DNA from: Octopus sinensis | Taxonomy: Eukaryota | Reading direction: 5' to 3' | DNA length: 64,000 nt | Assembly: GCF_006345805.1 (NCBI RefSeq) | Contig: NW_021833439.1 | Location: forward strand, 18,987-82,986 | Shown here: one piece after another, positions 1 through 13,098 of the stretch | Position numbering within the stretch: the first letter of the stretch is position 1 | Layout of the letters: every line of letters begins with the position of its first letter | Translations under genes and position numbers: made by a program | The notes under the pieces: generated by a model | Told to the model about the DNA's origin: nothing | Database searches by the model: none | What the model saw: only the letters and a program-made list of their open reading frames with translations

Positions 1-260
1 TCCCTTTATCTCTCCTACTACAGATGCACGCGTACGCTTTACTACATACGCTCACATACACACATACACGTTAGTATCTGAACAGGCGATGTAAGGTATA
101 CAGCGATCCCTCGAAGCACAAGCGGAGGAGGTATCGTGTAAGACTGCCTTGTTTTTAATTACAGTTCAACAGTTCAAAGTTAATAGCTTGCAATACTTAT
201 GGGACATACACAAACAGATACACACAAGCGCATACATGTACGTACGTATGTTTATATGCG

Positions 261-261
<1 letters not shown>

Positions 262-323
<62 letters not shown>

Positions 324-324
324 G

Positions 325-362
<38 letters not shown>
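262..362. repeat. (TATC)n microsatellite
   Basis: Direct tandem TATC run; source of the spurious YLSI/IYLS ORFs at 149-487. Confidence 0.97.
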
Positions 363-364
<2 letters not shown>

Positions 365-1056
365 CTCACTCTCTCTCAGCATAAATATACAATTACATGC
401 TATATGTATATATGCATATATACACACAGACATACAGAGACAAACAAACACACACAAATGTATATAAGTATATATACATACACATAACAGACACACGTGT
501 GTGTGTATATATATATATGCTTTATGAATAGATAAATATACACACATACATAGACACACATACACACGCATATATACGTGTGTATATATATGAGTATATG
601 TGCGTGTTTGTGTGTATGTGTATTTGCGAGAGTGAGAGGGAAAGACAGATAGATAGATAGATAGAGAGAGGGGGGGGGGAGAAAGGGAAAATATAGGGAA
701 AGAGAGAGAGAGAGAGAAAGGGAAAATATAGAGAAAGAGAGAGAGAGAATGTGTGTCTACATTTATTTGGAATTAGATTATATATTTATAAACCTAAAAA
801 GTCAAACAAGAAAACAAAAAATAAAAACAAACAAATCCTTTATAAAATAAAATACAATGTGTCTACAAATAAACGTGTATCCGGTCAGTTTTGTTTGTAT
901 TTCAGAGACTGATACAAAATCCCAATGGATGCGATTGAGAATGTCGATGCCAAGGAAACACCATAAGTAATTTTGGAACGGTAGCGCTTCACTTAATTTG
1001 TACGAACGGCAAAAGTCTTCACTCGGCATTGGATAGCGATTTATGCTCAAAGATAG

Positions 1057-1370
1057 GGTAAAATTACAGATTAACACCCGCACGATTTTCACTAAAAAAG
1101 AAAAACTGATTTTTTTGCGTGGAATCAAGCACTGTGACCTCGTAATATGCTGTAAATCCCATATTTGGGTTGGGAAGGGTGGGGTGCTTGATTTTTTGTG
1201 TGAAAATTCCGGGGGGGGGTTAACCCCCCCTCCCCCACCGGACCAATTCCGAACCAAAATATTGGATTTCCAGCATATTAGGAGGTCAGGGTACTTGATT
1301 CCACGCAAAAAATCCGAGTTTTTTTTTTTTCTTAGTGAAAATCGTGCCGGTGTTAATCTATAATTTTACC
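1057..1370. mobile_element. Foldback MITE with ~115-bp TIRs and 8-bp TSD (Merlin-like)
   Basis: Starts GGTAAAATTACAGATTAACACC and ends GGTGTTAATCTATAATTTTACC; AAAGATAG is duplicated at 1049-1056 and 1371-1378; 5'-GG termini with an 8-bp TSD fit Merlin/IS1016 elements. Confidence 0.85.
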
Positions 1371-1436
1371 AAAGATAGTTGGTGTGGTGAGGATTTAAAC
1401 ATCGAACTAATATAGTCTGGTGTATAATACATCTTA

Positions 1437-1730
1437 GTAGAAGGACATGGCCTAGTGGTTAGAGCAGCGGATTCGCGGTCGAGGGATCGCGGGTTAGAAT
1501 CTCAGACCGGGCGATGTGTGTGTTTATGAGCGAAAACACCTGAGATCCACGCGGCTCCGGCAGAAGGTAATGGCAAACTTCTGCTGACTCTTTTGCCTCA
1601 ACTTTCTCTCGTTCTTTCCTCCTGCATCTTGCAGCTCACCTGCGACGGACCGGCGTCCCGTCCAGGTGGGGAACCTATACACCAAGGAAACCGGGAAACC
1701 GGCCCTAATGCTCGAGAAGGAACAAACATA
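1437..1730 (+). mobile_element. tRNA-derived SINE, head family A, with 13-bp TSD
   Basis: A-box-like TGGCCTAGTGG and B-box-like GGTTAGAATCT; ATAATACATCTTA is duplicated at 1424-1436 and 1731-1743; head homologous to copies at 9.1, 14.4, 23.5 and 31.0 kb. Confidence 0.85.
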
Positions 1731-1748
1731 ATAATACATCTTAAGCGT

Positions 1749-1910
1749 AAGGCGGCGAGCTGGCAGAATCGTTAGCACGCCGGGCAAAATGCTTGGCGGC
1801 ATTTTATCCGTCTTCACGCTCTGAGCTCAAATTCTGCCGAGGTCGACTTTGCCTTTCAACCTTTCGAGGTCGATAAATTAAGTACCAGTGGAACACTGGG
1901 GTCGATATAA
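1749..1910 (+). mobile_element. tRNA-derived SINE family D (Meta-domain-like core)
   Basis: AAGGCGGCGAGCTGGCAGAA head, GAGCTCAAATTC B-box-like motif, core GCCTTTCA..CTTTCG.GGTCGATAAATTAAGTACCAG repeated many times in the window. Confidence 0.85.
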
Positions 1911-2218
1911 TTTACCGCAAGTAGCACTTCAAATCTAGTTTGAATTAGCTCCCTATAGGCAATTTCTTAGAGCGTTACAGGTTTTATACATCTGATATGA
2001 CTCATGGGCACGTTAGCCAGCTGATATTAATATGGAGGCTCAATATCTGCTGTAAAACGTTAAGAGGTCTGATTGTGATTCTACGAAAACATAAATTACA
2101 GAATTCGTAAGGATTTTGTCTTTAAACAAATGCATTCTGTATACGATTACAGCTGACGCTGATAATAAGAGATATCCGGTATAATGATTAATTATTCATT
2201 TCTAATCTGTTCCTGTAG

Positions 2219-2329
2219 TTTTGGAACTTATCAATGTTTTACGGCCGAAATATTCATTGGTGAACAAGTTGTTCTCCAATGATGAAACATACCAGCGATT
2301 AGCATATTTATGTTCGAATACGCCGGAAG
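2219..2329 (+). CDS. Possible isolated internal coding exon (unidentified protein)
   Basis: CTAAT branch-like motif and TTCCTGTAG acceptor, 111-nt stop-free frame (LELINVLRPKYSLVNKLFSNDETYQRLAYLCSNTPE), AAG|GTATCA donor; no homology recognised. Confidence 0.2.
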
Positions 2330-3001
2330 GTATCAAGAATGAATATGCAAATCATAGATTTCATTTCTGCTGTTCACCATGCTCATGAGGATTTACTAAG
2401 GTCAGGTAGTTCCATAAATATCTATATATAAAATCTACATTTGCAGAATTTCTATTATAGCATAAAATGACGTTTGGTTTTTTTTAAGAGTACGTGAAAT
2501 TCAACCGCCGTTGTAATTTCAGTAATTGTTTTAATATTTACAGACGAATGAACTGGAAGCGTGTATAAATTGATAATCAGCTGATCTACAATCTGATGGT
2601 GTCAGTTTGAATCTGTTTCAGTATATTTAACAGTGCTTTTGAGGCAGCATACTTAATTATACATATATCAGTTCACCTTGCTTTTGTGGGTAATAAATAC
2701 CAGATGGCCAATCCAAATTAGAATAACTCATCTGTTAATAGTATAACAAGAATCTTTTGGTATGTATCATGTAAAGATGTGGCATATTCTTCTATTGCTG
2801 CAGAGACTGGTGTTGTGGTTGCTGTTGTTCCCCCCAAATTGAATATGAATATGAAAAACATCTCGTTAGGGCGTGATTAAAGGTGTAAATTTTTTAGCTG
2901 TTTTTTGCAGGTAGAGCAATTCCATACAGCAGTGGAATGTCGCTTACCTATTTCCATGTATTTAAGTTTTATGTAAATGATTATAGGGATTAAATTTACG
3001 G

Positions 3002-3231
3002 AAGGCGGCGAGCTGGCAGAAACATTAGCACGCTGGGCGAAATGCTTTACGGTATTTCGTCTGTCGTTACGTTCTGAGTTCAAATTCCGCCGAGGTCGAC
3101 TTTGCCTTTCATCCTTTGGGGGGTCGATAAATTAAGTACCAGTTACGAACTGGTGTCGATGTGATCGACTTAATCCCTTTGTCTGTCCTCTCTGTGTTTA
3201 GCCCCTTGTGGGTAGTAAAGAAAAAGGTATT
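3002..3231 (+). mobile_element. SINE family D, full monomer with GGGGCTAAACAC-type tail
   Basis: Same head and core as 1749; tail CTCTGTGTTTAGCCCCTTGTGGGTAGTAAAG. Confidence 0.85.
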
Positions 3232-3429
3232 AAAATTACGGATTAAAAGCAGCTCTAATGATGTAAACATTATCAGTTGCACATACATAGTGTATATATT
3301 ATTTATACACTCATTTGCTGCGGAATAGCGTCCCGGGAAAGCTCTCTACACGATGCAGTGTGTTAAAGTATGTCGATATCTAATGTTCTTGATCATCTCT
3401 TGGTGAGTTTCCTCGCCTGGTCTCGTTGT

Positions 3430-3752
3430 AGGCGCAGGAGTGTGGTAAGTAGCTTGCTTACCAACCACAGGGTTCCGGGTTCAGTCCCACTGCGTGGCAC
3501 CTTGGGCAAGTGTCTTTTACTTTAACCTTGGGCCTCCTCTCTACATGCTACCAGTGTTATCCAAAGGAAAGGCAAAGGCCGATACAGCTTGGTACTTGTG
3601 ACGTCGTGACTCGTTTCTACAGCTGAGTGAACTGGAGCAACGTGAAATAAAGTGTCTTGCTCAAGAACACAACACGCAGTCCGGTCCGGGATTCGAGCTC
3701 TTAACCTCACGATCGTAGGCTCGACGCTCTAACCAGTTAGCCATGCGCCTTC
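3430..3752. mobile_element. Family C SINE head (+) abutting a CORE-type family B SINE (-)
   Basis: GGCGCAGGAGTG...GGTTCAGTCCCACTGCG head at ~3430-3530; reverse-strand GTCTTGCTCAAGAACACAAC...TAGCCATGCGCC at ~3540-3752. Confidence 0.75.
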
Positions 3753-4654
3753 AAGCATTAGCAGATAAGAATTCAAGAAAATCCTTAATTCATGTGGATT
3801 GGAGCGTATAATTCTAAATATTCATCCGGTGATTATAAAAGATTTCCTTTCTTAAGTCAAGTTTATATTTATACAGGTTCAAAACACCGCAGTTACTTCT
3901 ATGGCTAGATAAGAATATATTGAAATCCTATTTTCGTAACTGAATACCGCTGCTGTTTCTGTTCAGGAAATTCTCGAGAATTCTCACACCGAAGTATATA
4001 AAATAGAAAAATTTCTTGAAAAAATCCAGCATGAAGGTTAATGAAATACGAAAGGTTAATGTTCGCCGAACAAATCTTGAATTTTAAGAGGTGTCAGTAA
4101 GTGCACATAATTTTACACGTTTCATCGACTGCTCAAGGCAAAAGTGTAATAATATTCTGTTGTGAACGATGATCTAAAGCTTAATGGAAATGGTTTTGAA
4201 CTTTAGACTGAGTCTGCTAACAGTTAATAGATCACACGCAGCAGTTTTTTTTTCTCCATATCGACTTGTCGACTAAAGTTAATTAGAATTAAGCGGAAGA
4301 CTTCGTTGATGAACCAATGATCCAATGATTTTATGGTAACTATGAAAATAAACACACGTGAAGTTTTGTGGACGTCGTATAACGAACATCGATTTCTGAT
4401 TTAGGGAATAATATTGATTAGGTCTTTTATTTCTGAGCAAAGTTTAAGAATGTGGGACGTTTCCATCATAGAAATACAATAGAAGCAGCATTGAATAAAA
4501 AGAAAGAAAAAAAATATGGCAAAAGATAGGAATCCAAAAAGTACGTGCTTAAAAAGACACTCGAAGCAGACGTCACGCATTACGTTCGATCACCGGACCT
4601 CATTTTTGCACAGCGATGTTCTTCAGCGCTACATACATCCGCCTACTTTTTAGA

Positions 4655-4696
4655 TCATCATCATCATCATCATCGTCGTCGTCGTCGTCGTCGTCG

Positions 4697-4744
<48 letters not shown>

Positions 4745-4745
4745 C
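4655..4745. repeat. (CAT)n/(CGT)n trinucleotide microsatellite
   Basis: Direct; gives spurious poly-H/D/M ORFs. Confidence 0.95.
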
Positions 4746-5089
4746 AAATAACATGCAAATCACCATCAGAAAGGTTAATGAGAAAGGAGTGAATGAATGA
4801 AGGAGAAAGAGAGAGGAGAGGAGAGAGAAAGAAACAGAGACAGACAGAAAAACAGAGAGAAATACGCACAGAAACAGGGAATTAGAGAGAGAGGGAGAGA
4901 GAGAGAGAAACAGATAGACAGAGGATGGGGGAAGCGTATGGTGACCGAGGGACACAGAGAAGAAGAAGAAGAAGAAGAAGAAGAAGAAGAGAGAGAGAGA
5001 GAGAAACTGACTTATAGGCAGACAATTATTAAAGGAAACAGAGATAAATAGAGAGATAGATAAATAGATGGATAGAGAGTTGGGTTGCC

Positions 5090-5147
<58 letters not shown>

Positions 5148-5552
5148 GTCCTATAACACTTTTTTTACTGCAGAATAAGGTCAAAACACAGATAGGGTTT
5201 CTGAGGAACTATAGTACATCATAAATTTCCCATAGTCTATTTTTTGACCCAGCAAAAATGTCAACTTCAGAATGCTTTTACTGTTACCCACAAACCCACT
5301 TTGTCTGACTATGTATCTGCCTGTCTGTCTGCCTTGCCTGCCTAGCCTGTCTGTCAGTCTGTCTGTTTTCCTATCACGTAGAATAACGTGGTATTTCTAT
5401 CTCGCTGTACATGAAGTCTCGCAGTTTTCTAGAGTGGGTCACTTGAGGATAAAGTGTTTTACAACGGATACAAAAAATAGCGCTAACAATCCGGTATAAA
5501 ACAGCAGAGTCTTGGCTGCCTCATGAAAGTTACGCCTTTGTGAAAGCTATAC

Positions 5553-5586
<34 letters not shown>

Positions 5587-5689
5587 TAAGTGTGCATGTG
5601 TATGTGTATAAGTACATAATACATACATACATACATGCATGCATATATACATGCATGCAAATATACATACATATATACATACACGCTTT

Positions 5690-6070
5690 ACTCTTTACCC
5701 TTTTACTTGTTTCAGTCATTTGACTGTGGCCATGCTGGAGCACCGCCTTTAGTCGAGTAAATCGACCCCAGGACTTATTCTTTGTAAGCCTGGTACTTAT
5801 TCTATCGGTCTCTTTTGCCGAACCACTTATTTACGGGGACGTAGACACACCAGTGTCGGTTGTCAAGCGATGTTGTGAGGACAAACACAGACACACAAAC
5901 ATATACACACACATACATAAATATACACATATATACGACGGGCTTCTTTCAGTTTCCGTCTACCAAATCAACTCACAAGTCTTCGGTCGGCCCAAGGCTA
6001 TAATAGAAGACACCTGCCCAAGGTGCCACGCAGTGGGACTGAACCCGGAACCATGTGGTTGGTAAGCAAT
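5690..6070 (-). mobile_element. Composite family C SINE with internal (CA)/(TA) microsatellite
   Basis: TTACTCTTTTACTTGTTTCAGTCATTTGACTG tail, CA/TA tract at ~5880-5935, head ...GAACCCGGAACCATGTGGTTGGTAAGC. Confidence 0.85.
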
Positions 6071-6669
6071 ATACTTAAATTGTATTTTGGTGCTCTTACT
6101 GAACGTATACTAAAACAAATATAATAATAAAGCAAAGAACAAGTATATAACGTGTCTGGTCATTTGCCAAAATAAAAAAATAAAAATAAAGACCATCTCC
6201 AAATATAATAATATTTGTTTCAACACACGTATTCACATCAGGAATCTTAGAAAACCTAAATGTACGTTTTGACTATTTTCTTAATTTTCAAGCACTTCTG
6301 ATAAGTTGGTGTGGGGCAGGTTTCTCACGACGTTGCTAACGTACCAAATAACAACCATTGAAATCTAGTTCAGAAATTCTTTGTTGATACTCAACCCGTT
6401 GATGTTCGAACGACTTCCTGCTGCAAAGCCTCAAGGAATGGAAATGTAAGCCATTTCAAGAATAACATATTTACTCCGGTACACGTATTGAGTTCGCTTT
6501 ACCTTCTAAGTACTATTGTTTGCAGACGCGTTATCATATACATCCCATGTGTCATATACGTTAAATACATATATTTTTAAATGCTAACTGATATTGGAAG
6601 ACAATTTGTTACAAAATATTAGACTCACAAACATAAACATGAAAATCTATGTACGCATAGCTATAACTA

Positions 6670-6672
6670 TCC

Positions 6673-6758
<86 letters not shown>

Positions 6759-6816
6759 TTATCCATCCATCCATCCATCCATCCATCCATCCATCCATCC
6801 ATCCATCGATCCATCC

Positions 6817-6884
<68 letters not shown>

Positions 6885-6889
6885 GTCTA

Positions 6890-6925
<36 letters not shown>
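6670..6925. repeat. Compound (TCTA)/(TCCA)/(TCTG) microsatellite
   Basis: Direct. Confidence 0.95.
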
Positions 6926-6926
<1 letters not shown>

Positions 6927-8084
6927 AGCACGTGTTCATACCCATAGAAACCCTAACGTATGCGTGTATTGTGTGTATGCAATTATATATGTATAATACA
7001 TAGATGCGTAGATACTAGTATAGATACACACTCACACACGTACACACACACATATATATGTCTGTGTGTGAGTGTATGCGAGTGTCTATGTGTAAGCGTA
7101 TGACTAGACATTGCGAAACTTTTCCATACATAAATATATTCACGTTACTTATGCTTTCACTTCCGTATCATATAACATTACGTACGACACCAATTCTGTC
7201 TGTGAAATAATCTACAGTGTAAAAAAAAAAAAAAAGCAAAAAACAAAAATATAAAAAAAACAACCTGTTACCATTAAGTTGTTGCATTAAATTCAATGCT
7301 GCACTAACACACAAGTAAATCAACACAACTGAATAAAACAAAAGACTTCTGTGATATTCTAGATGAAATGGTAGTTTGGAAACAAACATTGACACATTTG
7401 ATGTGTAAGAAAACTCCTAGTTTACTTATGAACCAATATCCTCCGACTCTAGTTTCACTTTCGCTTTTGCATTATTGATAATGTATCTATGTATTATCTT
7501 TCAGCTGAACACAGGAAAATTTGAGTAGTTGATGTTGTTTGTTGTTGGTTGGCTTGTAGCGTTATTGTTTGCTAACAAATAACATCACTGCGGAAGGAAG
7601 TATTTTAGTGTTTTGTTAATGATTTTTTCCTACAGCTAACTATTATCATCTCAAAGCCCTGCAAAGTCGGTTTCGGCGTGGTTCTGGGTTCGAATCCTTC
7701 CTAGATTAAATTTAACCTTTCATTCTTCTGGGTTCGATAAAATAATGGAACAATAAAGTGCTATCGTCGATGAAATCACCAAACTGCTTCTTCCTCTAAA
7801 ACTGCTGACCATATGCCGAATGGAGATAGAATTAACGCCATAATGGCTATATCAATAATAATAATAACTTGTCCGAAAACACCTAGACAGTTGATCGATC
7901 ACAGCTGATCGTTCTACTAGGAGAATACCTTTCCTTACTATTATATAGAAAGAAGGGTGAACTCGATAACATAAACTATGCAAATCTTTCATATTAGGAA
8001 TACCAAATTAGAATTTATTTCGGGCTAAACTCTAAGACTAACACCAGCAGCAATGACAATAAGAAGGGAAAGAACTGCTACCAT

Positions 8085-8307
8085 TACATTTATTGGTTTC
8101 AAATTTTAGCACGAGGCCAGCAAGTTCGGAAAAGGGGATTAGTCGATTACATCAACTCCAGTGCTCAGCTGGTACTTACTTTATCGACCACAAAATGATG
8201 AAAGGGTAAGTGAACCTCGGAGGAATTTGAACTCAGAACATAAAGACAAATGAAATGTCGCTAAGTACTTTATCCGGCGGGCTAAAGATTCTAACAGCTC
8301 ACCACCT
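8085..8307 (-). mobile_element. SINE family D
   Basis: Reverse copy of core: CTGGTACTTACTTTATCGACC...GGAATTTGAACTCAGAAC. Confidence 0.8.
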
Positions 8308-8448
8308 CATCATTACGTCATACATTGATCGCAGTTACTACTACATATACACCTTTAGTAACAGCCTCACCAGTACTACTAAACTGTCGCTGCTACTAGT
8401 GTTACCTGTAGAAAATCCTACTGACTGTGATCATTATTACCAACTGAA

Positions 8449-8695
8449 AAGGTAGCGAGCTGACAGAATTATTAGAGCGTCGTTATAAATATTTCGCGGT
8501 ACCTGTTCCAACTATTTTCATTCTGAGTTCAAATATCATTCCCACCATACTGCCCGAGGTAAAGTTTGCTTTTCATTCCCCTGGGGGTGTCGATAAATTA
8601 AAACACCAGTCAAGTGCTGAAATCAATGGTACCGCCCACTCCTCATGCCTGCAAAACTTTTTGGCCTTGTGTCTATACGAGGAATAATTATTAGT
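8449..8695 (+). mobile_element. SINE family D (diverged)
   Basis: AAGGTAGCGAGCTGACAGAA head; TTTCATTCCCCTGGGGGTGTCGATAAATT core. Confidence 0.7.
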
Positions 8696-8715
8696 AATTA
8701 ACTACTCCCCAGACA

Positions 8716-8763
<48 letters not shown>

Positions 8764-8789
8764 GCCACTGCTGCTGCTGCTGCTTGTTT

Positions 8790-9159
8790 GTTTGTTTGTT
8801 GAGCGAAGCAGTCTTCGTCCTATAGTGGGAGAAGTCCGAAACGTGGTCCTTTGCTATTCGTAAGACCCACAGAAGAGAAAGCAGGTCAACCTCCCGACAC
8901 TGAGAGCATCGACGGATGGATGAATGTGTATCCAGGCTCAGCGGTTGCATAGGAAGTCGGGAACAAGAAACAGAAAGAAAGAGTGAGAGAAAGTTGAAGC
9001 GAAAGAGTACAACTGGGGTCGCCACGACCCCTTGTCGGAGCCTCGTGGAGCTTTAGGTGTTTTCGCTCAATAAACACACACAACGCCCGGTCTGGGAATC
9101 GAAACCGCAATCCTCCGACCACGAGTCCGCTGCCTTAATCACTGGGCCATTGCGCCTCC
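8790..9159 (-). mobile_element. SINE head family A with a distinct 3' body and (CAAA)/(CAG)/(TAG) tail
   Basis: GTGTTTTCGCTCAATAAACACACACAACGCCCGG...CCATTGCGCCTCC matches family A on the minus strand. Confidence 0.8.
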
Positions 9160-9574
9160 TGCTGCTGCTGCTGCTGCTGCTGCTAGAGTGGGTTCCTCAC
9201 AGCTGTTCCAAATATTTTCCTTTTCTGCTACCTCTTTGAGCCAAAGCGAAAAAGTAGCTCTTTATACAAGCTAAATACATTAACATCTCTATATAATATC
9301 TATGCCATATTTGACAAGGTTTTCTGGAGTTTTTCCCCCATTAAATGTTACACACGAACACGAGTTACTATAAATACATCAACAGTATTAATTGAATAAG
9401 ATCTTTCAGAACATATATTCTTCATTCACATACGTCATGTCGTTGATGTGTGTAAGACCATCGCGAAGTCAAATTGTCTTGCGGTATGAAAAACAAAATT
9501 AAAGAAAGAAAAGAAAAAGGACAACGTATCACGGGCTCAATCGAAAAAAAAAAGATGTTAGCGAAAGAAGTCAT

Positions 9575-10120
9575 TTGACTGCAGCCATGCAGGAGCACAT
9601 CCTTTAGTCGAAAGGATGACAGGCAAAGTCGACCTCGGAGGAATTTGAACTCAGAACATAAAGACAGACGAAATACCACAAAGCATTTCTCCCGACCTGC
9701 TAAAGTTTCTTATTTCTTTATTGCCCACAAGGGCATAAACATAGAGGGGACAAACAAGGACAGACAAACGGATTAAGTCGATTACATCGTCCCCAGTTCG
9801 TAACTGATCGACCCCGAAAGGATGAAAGTCAAAGTCGACCTCGGCGGGATTTGAACTCAGAACGTAACGGCAGACGAAATACCTATTTCTTTACTACCCA
9901 CAAGGGGCTAAACGCAGAGAGGACAAACAAGGAGAGACAAACGCATTAAGTCGATTATAGTGACCCCAGTGCGTAACTGGTACTTAATTTATCGATCCCA
10001 AAAGGATGTAAGTCAAAGTCGACCTCGGCAGAATTTGAACCCAGAACGTAACTAACGGCAGACGAAATACCGCAAAGCATTACGCCCGGCATGCTAACGG
10101 TTCTGCAAGTTCACTGCCTT
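9575..10120 (-). mobile_element. Head-to-tail trimer of family D SINE units
   Basis: Three successive GAAAGGATGA..GTCGACCTCGG..ATTTGAAC(T/C)CAGAAC units; junctions at ~9709 and ~9882. Confidence 0.85.
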
Positions 10121-10659
10121 GAATAACAAATATATTCCAAAGAGAATGAAATAAAGGACTTCCTTGACATTTGACTTGAAAAGGTTAATCGCTCTACAAC
10201 TCCCGAAATTATATTTAAACATCGTGGAAAGTAGTGGTAATATATTTTTTTTTGTTTGTGAGTGGATCAACTAAAAAAAAACAATAGATAAATAAAGATT
10301 GTTGGTTATAAAATGTTAATAAATGGGAAAAAATAACGGAAAAGGCGGGTAATTGAGTTAAATGATCAACAGATAACAAATACTGATCATTAACTTCTAA
10401 ACCGTCTAATCAGATTAGTTTTTTCCGACCGTTTTATCTGAAAAATATTCTACGTTTCAGGAAACCCTTCATACGATTTAACATATATTTGTATTTTTAT
10501 CCTACTCATTCATAACTTTAATTTCATTAGACGACCACAGAGTTTCTGAATTTTTTGTTTAACCATACTTGGCTTAAATCAAACTCCTTCACAATTCCCA
10601 ATGAAGTGGTCGTTTTTCATCTTACTACATACAGAAGTTAGGATTTCCCTGACGTACTG

Positions 10660-11055
10660 AATATACCATGTGTTTTGGCACAAGGACAGCAAATTAGGGG
10701 AAGACGTGAGTCGATTACATCGAACCCCACAAGATCCTCAATTCATACCTCGGCGGGATGCGAACGTTAACAGCCCGAAGAAATGCTGCTCAGAAATTTT
10801 TGTCTGACGTGCTAACGATTCTTATTTCTTTATTGCCCACAAGGGGCTAAACATGAAGGGAACAAACAAGGACAGACAAAGGTATTAAGTCGATTACAAC
10901 GACCCCAGTGCGTAACTGGTACTTAATTTATCGACCCTAAAAGGATGAAAGGCAAAGTCGACCTTGGTGGAATTTGAACTCAGAACGTAACGGCAGACGA
11001 AATGCCGCTAAGCATTTCGCCCGACGTGCTAACGATTCTGTCAGCTCGCCTGCGG
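10660..11055 (-). mobile_element. Dimer of family D SINE units
   Basis: Junction GATTCTTATTTCTTTATTGCCC at ~10820; head end CAGCTCGCC at ~11050. Confidence 0.8.
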
Positions 11056-11415
11056 AATTAGAGATATAAAATTTGAAAGGAAAGTTATTCAAAAAGGTAT
11101 TTACACAAACCCAGCCCGTTTATCATTATTTGTCGCGAAAACACTAGCGATCTCTCATCTAATCATAGCTTTCTAGGCAAACTAATTAAGGGATATCGGA
11201 TATATATCGTTGCTAAAAGGAAGAGTAACACAGAAAATGCACAGATAAAGCCTTTAACAAACAAATGATACTTCCTTCTTTATTTCAATCAGCGGTTAAT
11301 TTATTAAATAATTTGCCATTTCTGTACATGTACAGAATTAAATGCCTTATAAGATATATACACTCTGGATCTTTACCTTTTGACCTTCAGATTTAAAAAA
11401 TATTTTTTTGTAAAT

Positions 11416-11949
11416 AAACATTTTCAAACTTCGGACATTGGTAGAATGTGTCATTTAAAACATCTTTTACTCTTAGCATTTTTGAGAAAAACTTATATTT
11501 ACGAATTTATTTCACGTTAAAGTAGTCGAATTTCAGTAATTTCAACCAATCAATGACGTGTATTCAGTTGAATAAAGTTACTACCGTTGTTTGTCAACAA
11601 GAACTATCGGCGGTGTATTTTTCTTTTGTCACTGTTATTTATGACATCGTTCGTGCGTTTGTACTGGTTTTAAGGTTTTAGGGTTAGGGTTAAGGTTTTA
11701 GGGTTAGAGTTAGGGTTGTCATAAATAACGGTGACAAACAAAATATACAGCGCCGGAAGTTCTTGTTGACAAACAACAGCAGTAATTTTTATTCAGCTGA
11801 ATACACGTCATTGATTGGTTGAAATTACCGAAATACGAGAACTTTAACCTGAAATAACTTCGAAAATATAAGTTTTTCTCAAAAATGCTAAGAGTAAAAG
11901 ATGTTTTATATGACACATTCTACCAATGTCAGAAGTTTGAAAGTGTTTA
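11416..11949. mobile_element. Foldback element with ~230-bp inverted arms around a (TTAGGG)-like core
   Basis: Left arm 11416-11646 is the reverse complement of 11717-11949 (e.g. GACATTGGTAGAATGTGTCAT / ATGACACATTCTACCAATGTC); spacer holds TTAGGG variants. Confidence 0.9.
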
Positions 11950-13098
11950 GTTCGACTAAAGGCGGTGCTCCAGCATGGTCGCAGTCAAATGACCGAAACA
12001 GGTAAAAGAGAGAAAAGAGAGAGTGTATATATATATATTATATATATATATTATATATATATATATTACATGTACTACAAAGCATATGAAGAGAGAGAGT
12101 GTATATATATATATATATATATGCAGATACGCACAAATATATATTGTGAGGAAGAAGGCTACAAGTAAATATACCAAGTAAATAATAAAATGAAGTACTA
12201 AAACGGAAGTGTTTCGAATTATATACTTAAATAAATATACAAATAATATATATAAATAAAAACTTATATTATAACAAAAATATCCAAAATGTTAAACAAA
12301 ACTATTCAAAGACTAAAAAGGTATAAAAAAAACAAAAACGGAGAACATAATAACCGCAACTCGAAATAAATGTCAGAGGGATATAATTAACGCTGCTCTT
12401 CACTTTGTGTCTTCCAGTTGCTAAAAGGTCATAGGGCAAGCCGTTCTAAATGATGATGATGATGGTGGTGGTGGTGTTGGCAGTGGTGGTCGTGATGGTG
12501 GTGATGAGACCACATGAAATAGTTCACTTTATCCAAGGGCATGTGAAGAAAGAGGGTTTGTCTATGAATTGGAGCAGCTCTTTACTATCAATGATTTTTG
12601 TCGCAGACAGCTAAATCTGTTTATCATTAGCGGATTGTCAGTCGTCTCTCCAAACCTCACTCTGTCTCTCTCTCTTATTTATATTTATATATTCGTTTAT
12701 TTTGTTTACTGTTTTATATATTTTTTTTTACTTTATTTTATTTATCACTTTATTTATTTATTTATTTTTATGTCAGAAATATCGAAGATAAGTCAAAAGG
12801 GACAACCCGAAAGTATTTTTAATGCAAAAATCAGAATAAGGAGTGCGTTGGTATTGTTGACTTCAGAGGACTGGTACAAGGGAGGCATGACATACACACG
12901 TATAGATGCACACACACACACACACAAACACACATCCGTACACACTTTCAGACATGTACGTATATATACATATATGTTACATATGCACATACATATGTAT
13001 GCATTTTAAATACATATATTAGTGTATGTATACAAATATATGTATGCATGTGTATATGTGTGTGTGTGTGTGTGTGTAAACAGATATACTAATATCGC

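Noticed and set aside
802-1308. 168-aa minus-strand ORF
   Set aside because: Runs through a MITE and its G/C-run centre; no recognisable protein motif
1444-1510. tRNA-like sequences with A and B boxes (many copies)
   Set aside because: They are SINE heads continuing into conserved SINE bodies; no intact cloverleaf was evident
8810-8855. TCCGAAACGTGGTC hammerhead-like 3' half
   Set aside because: No CUGANGA core or stem I partner; lies in a SINE tail
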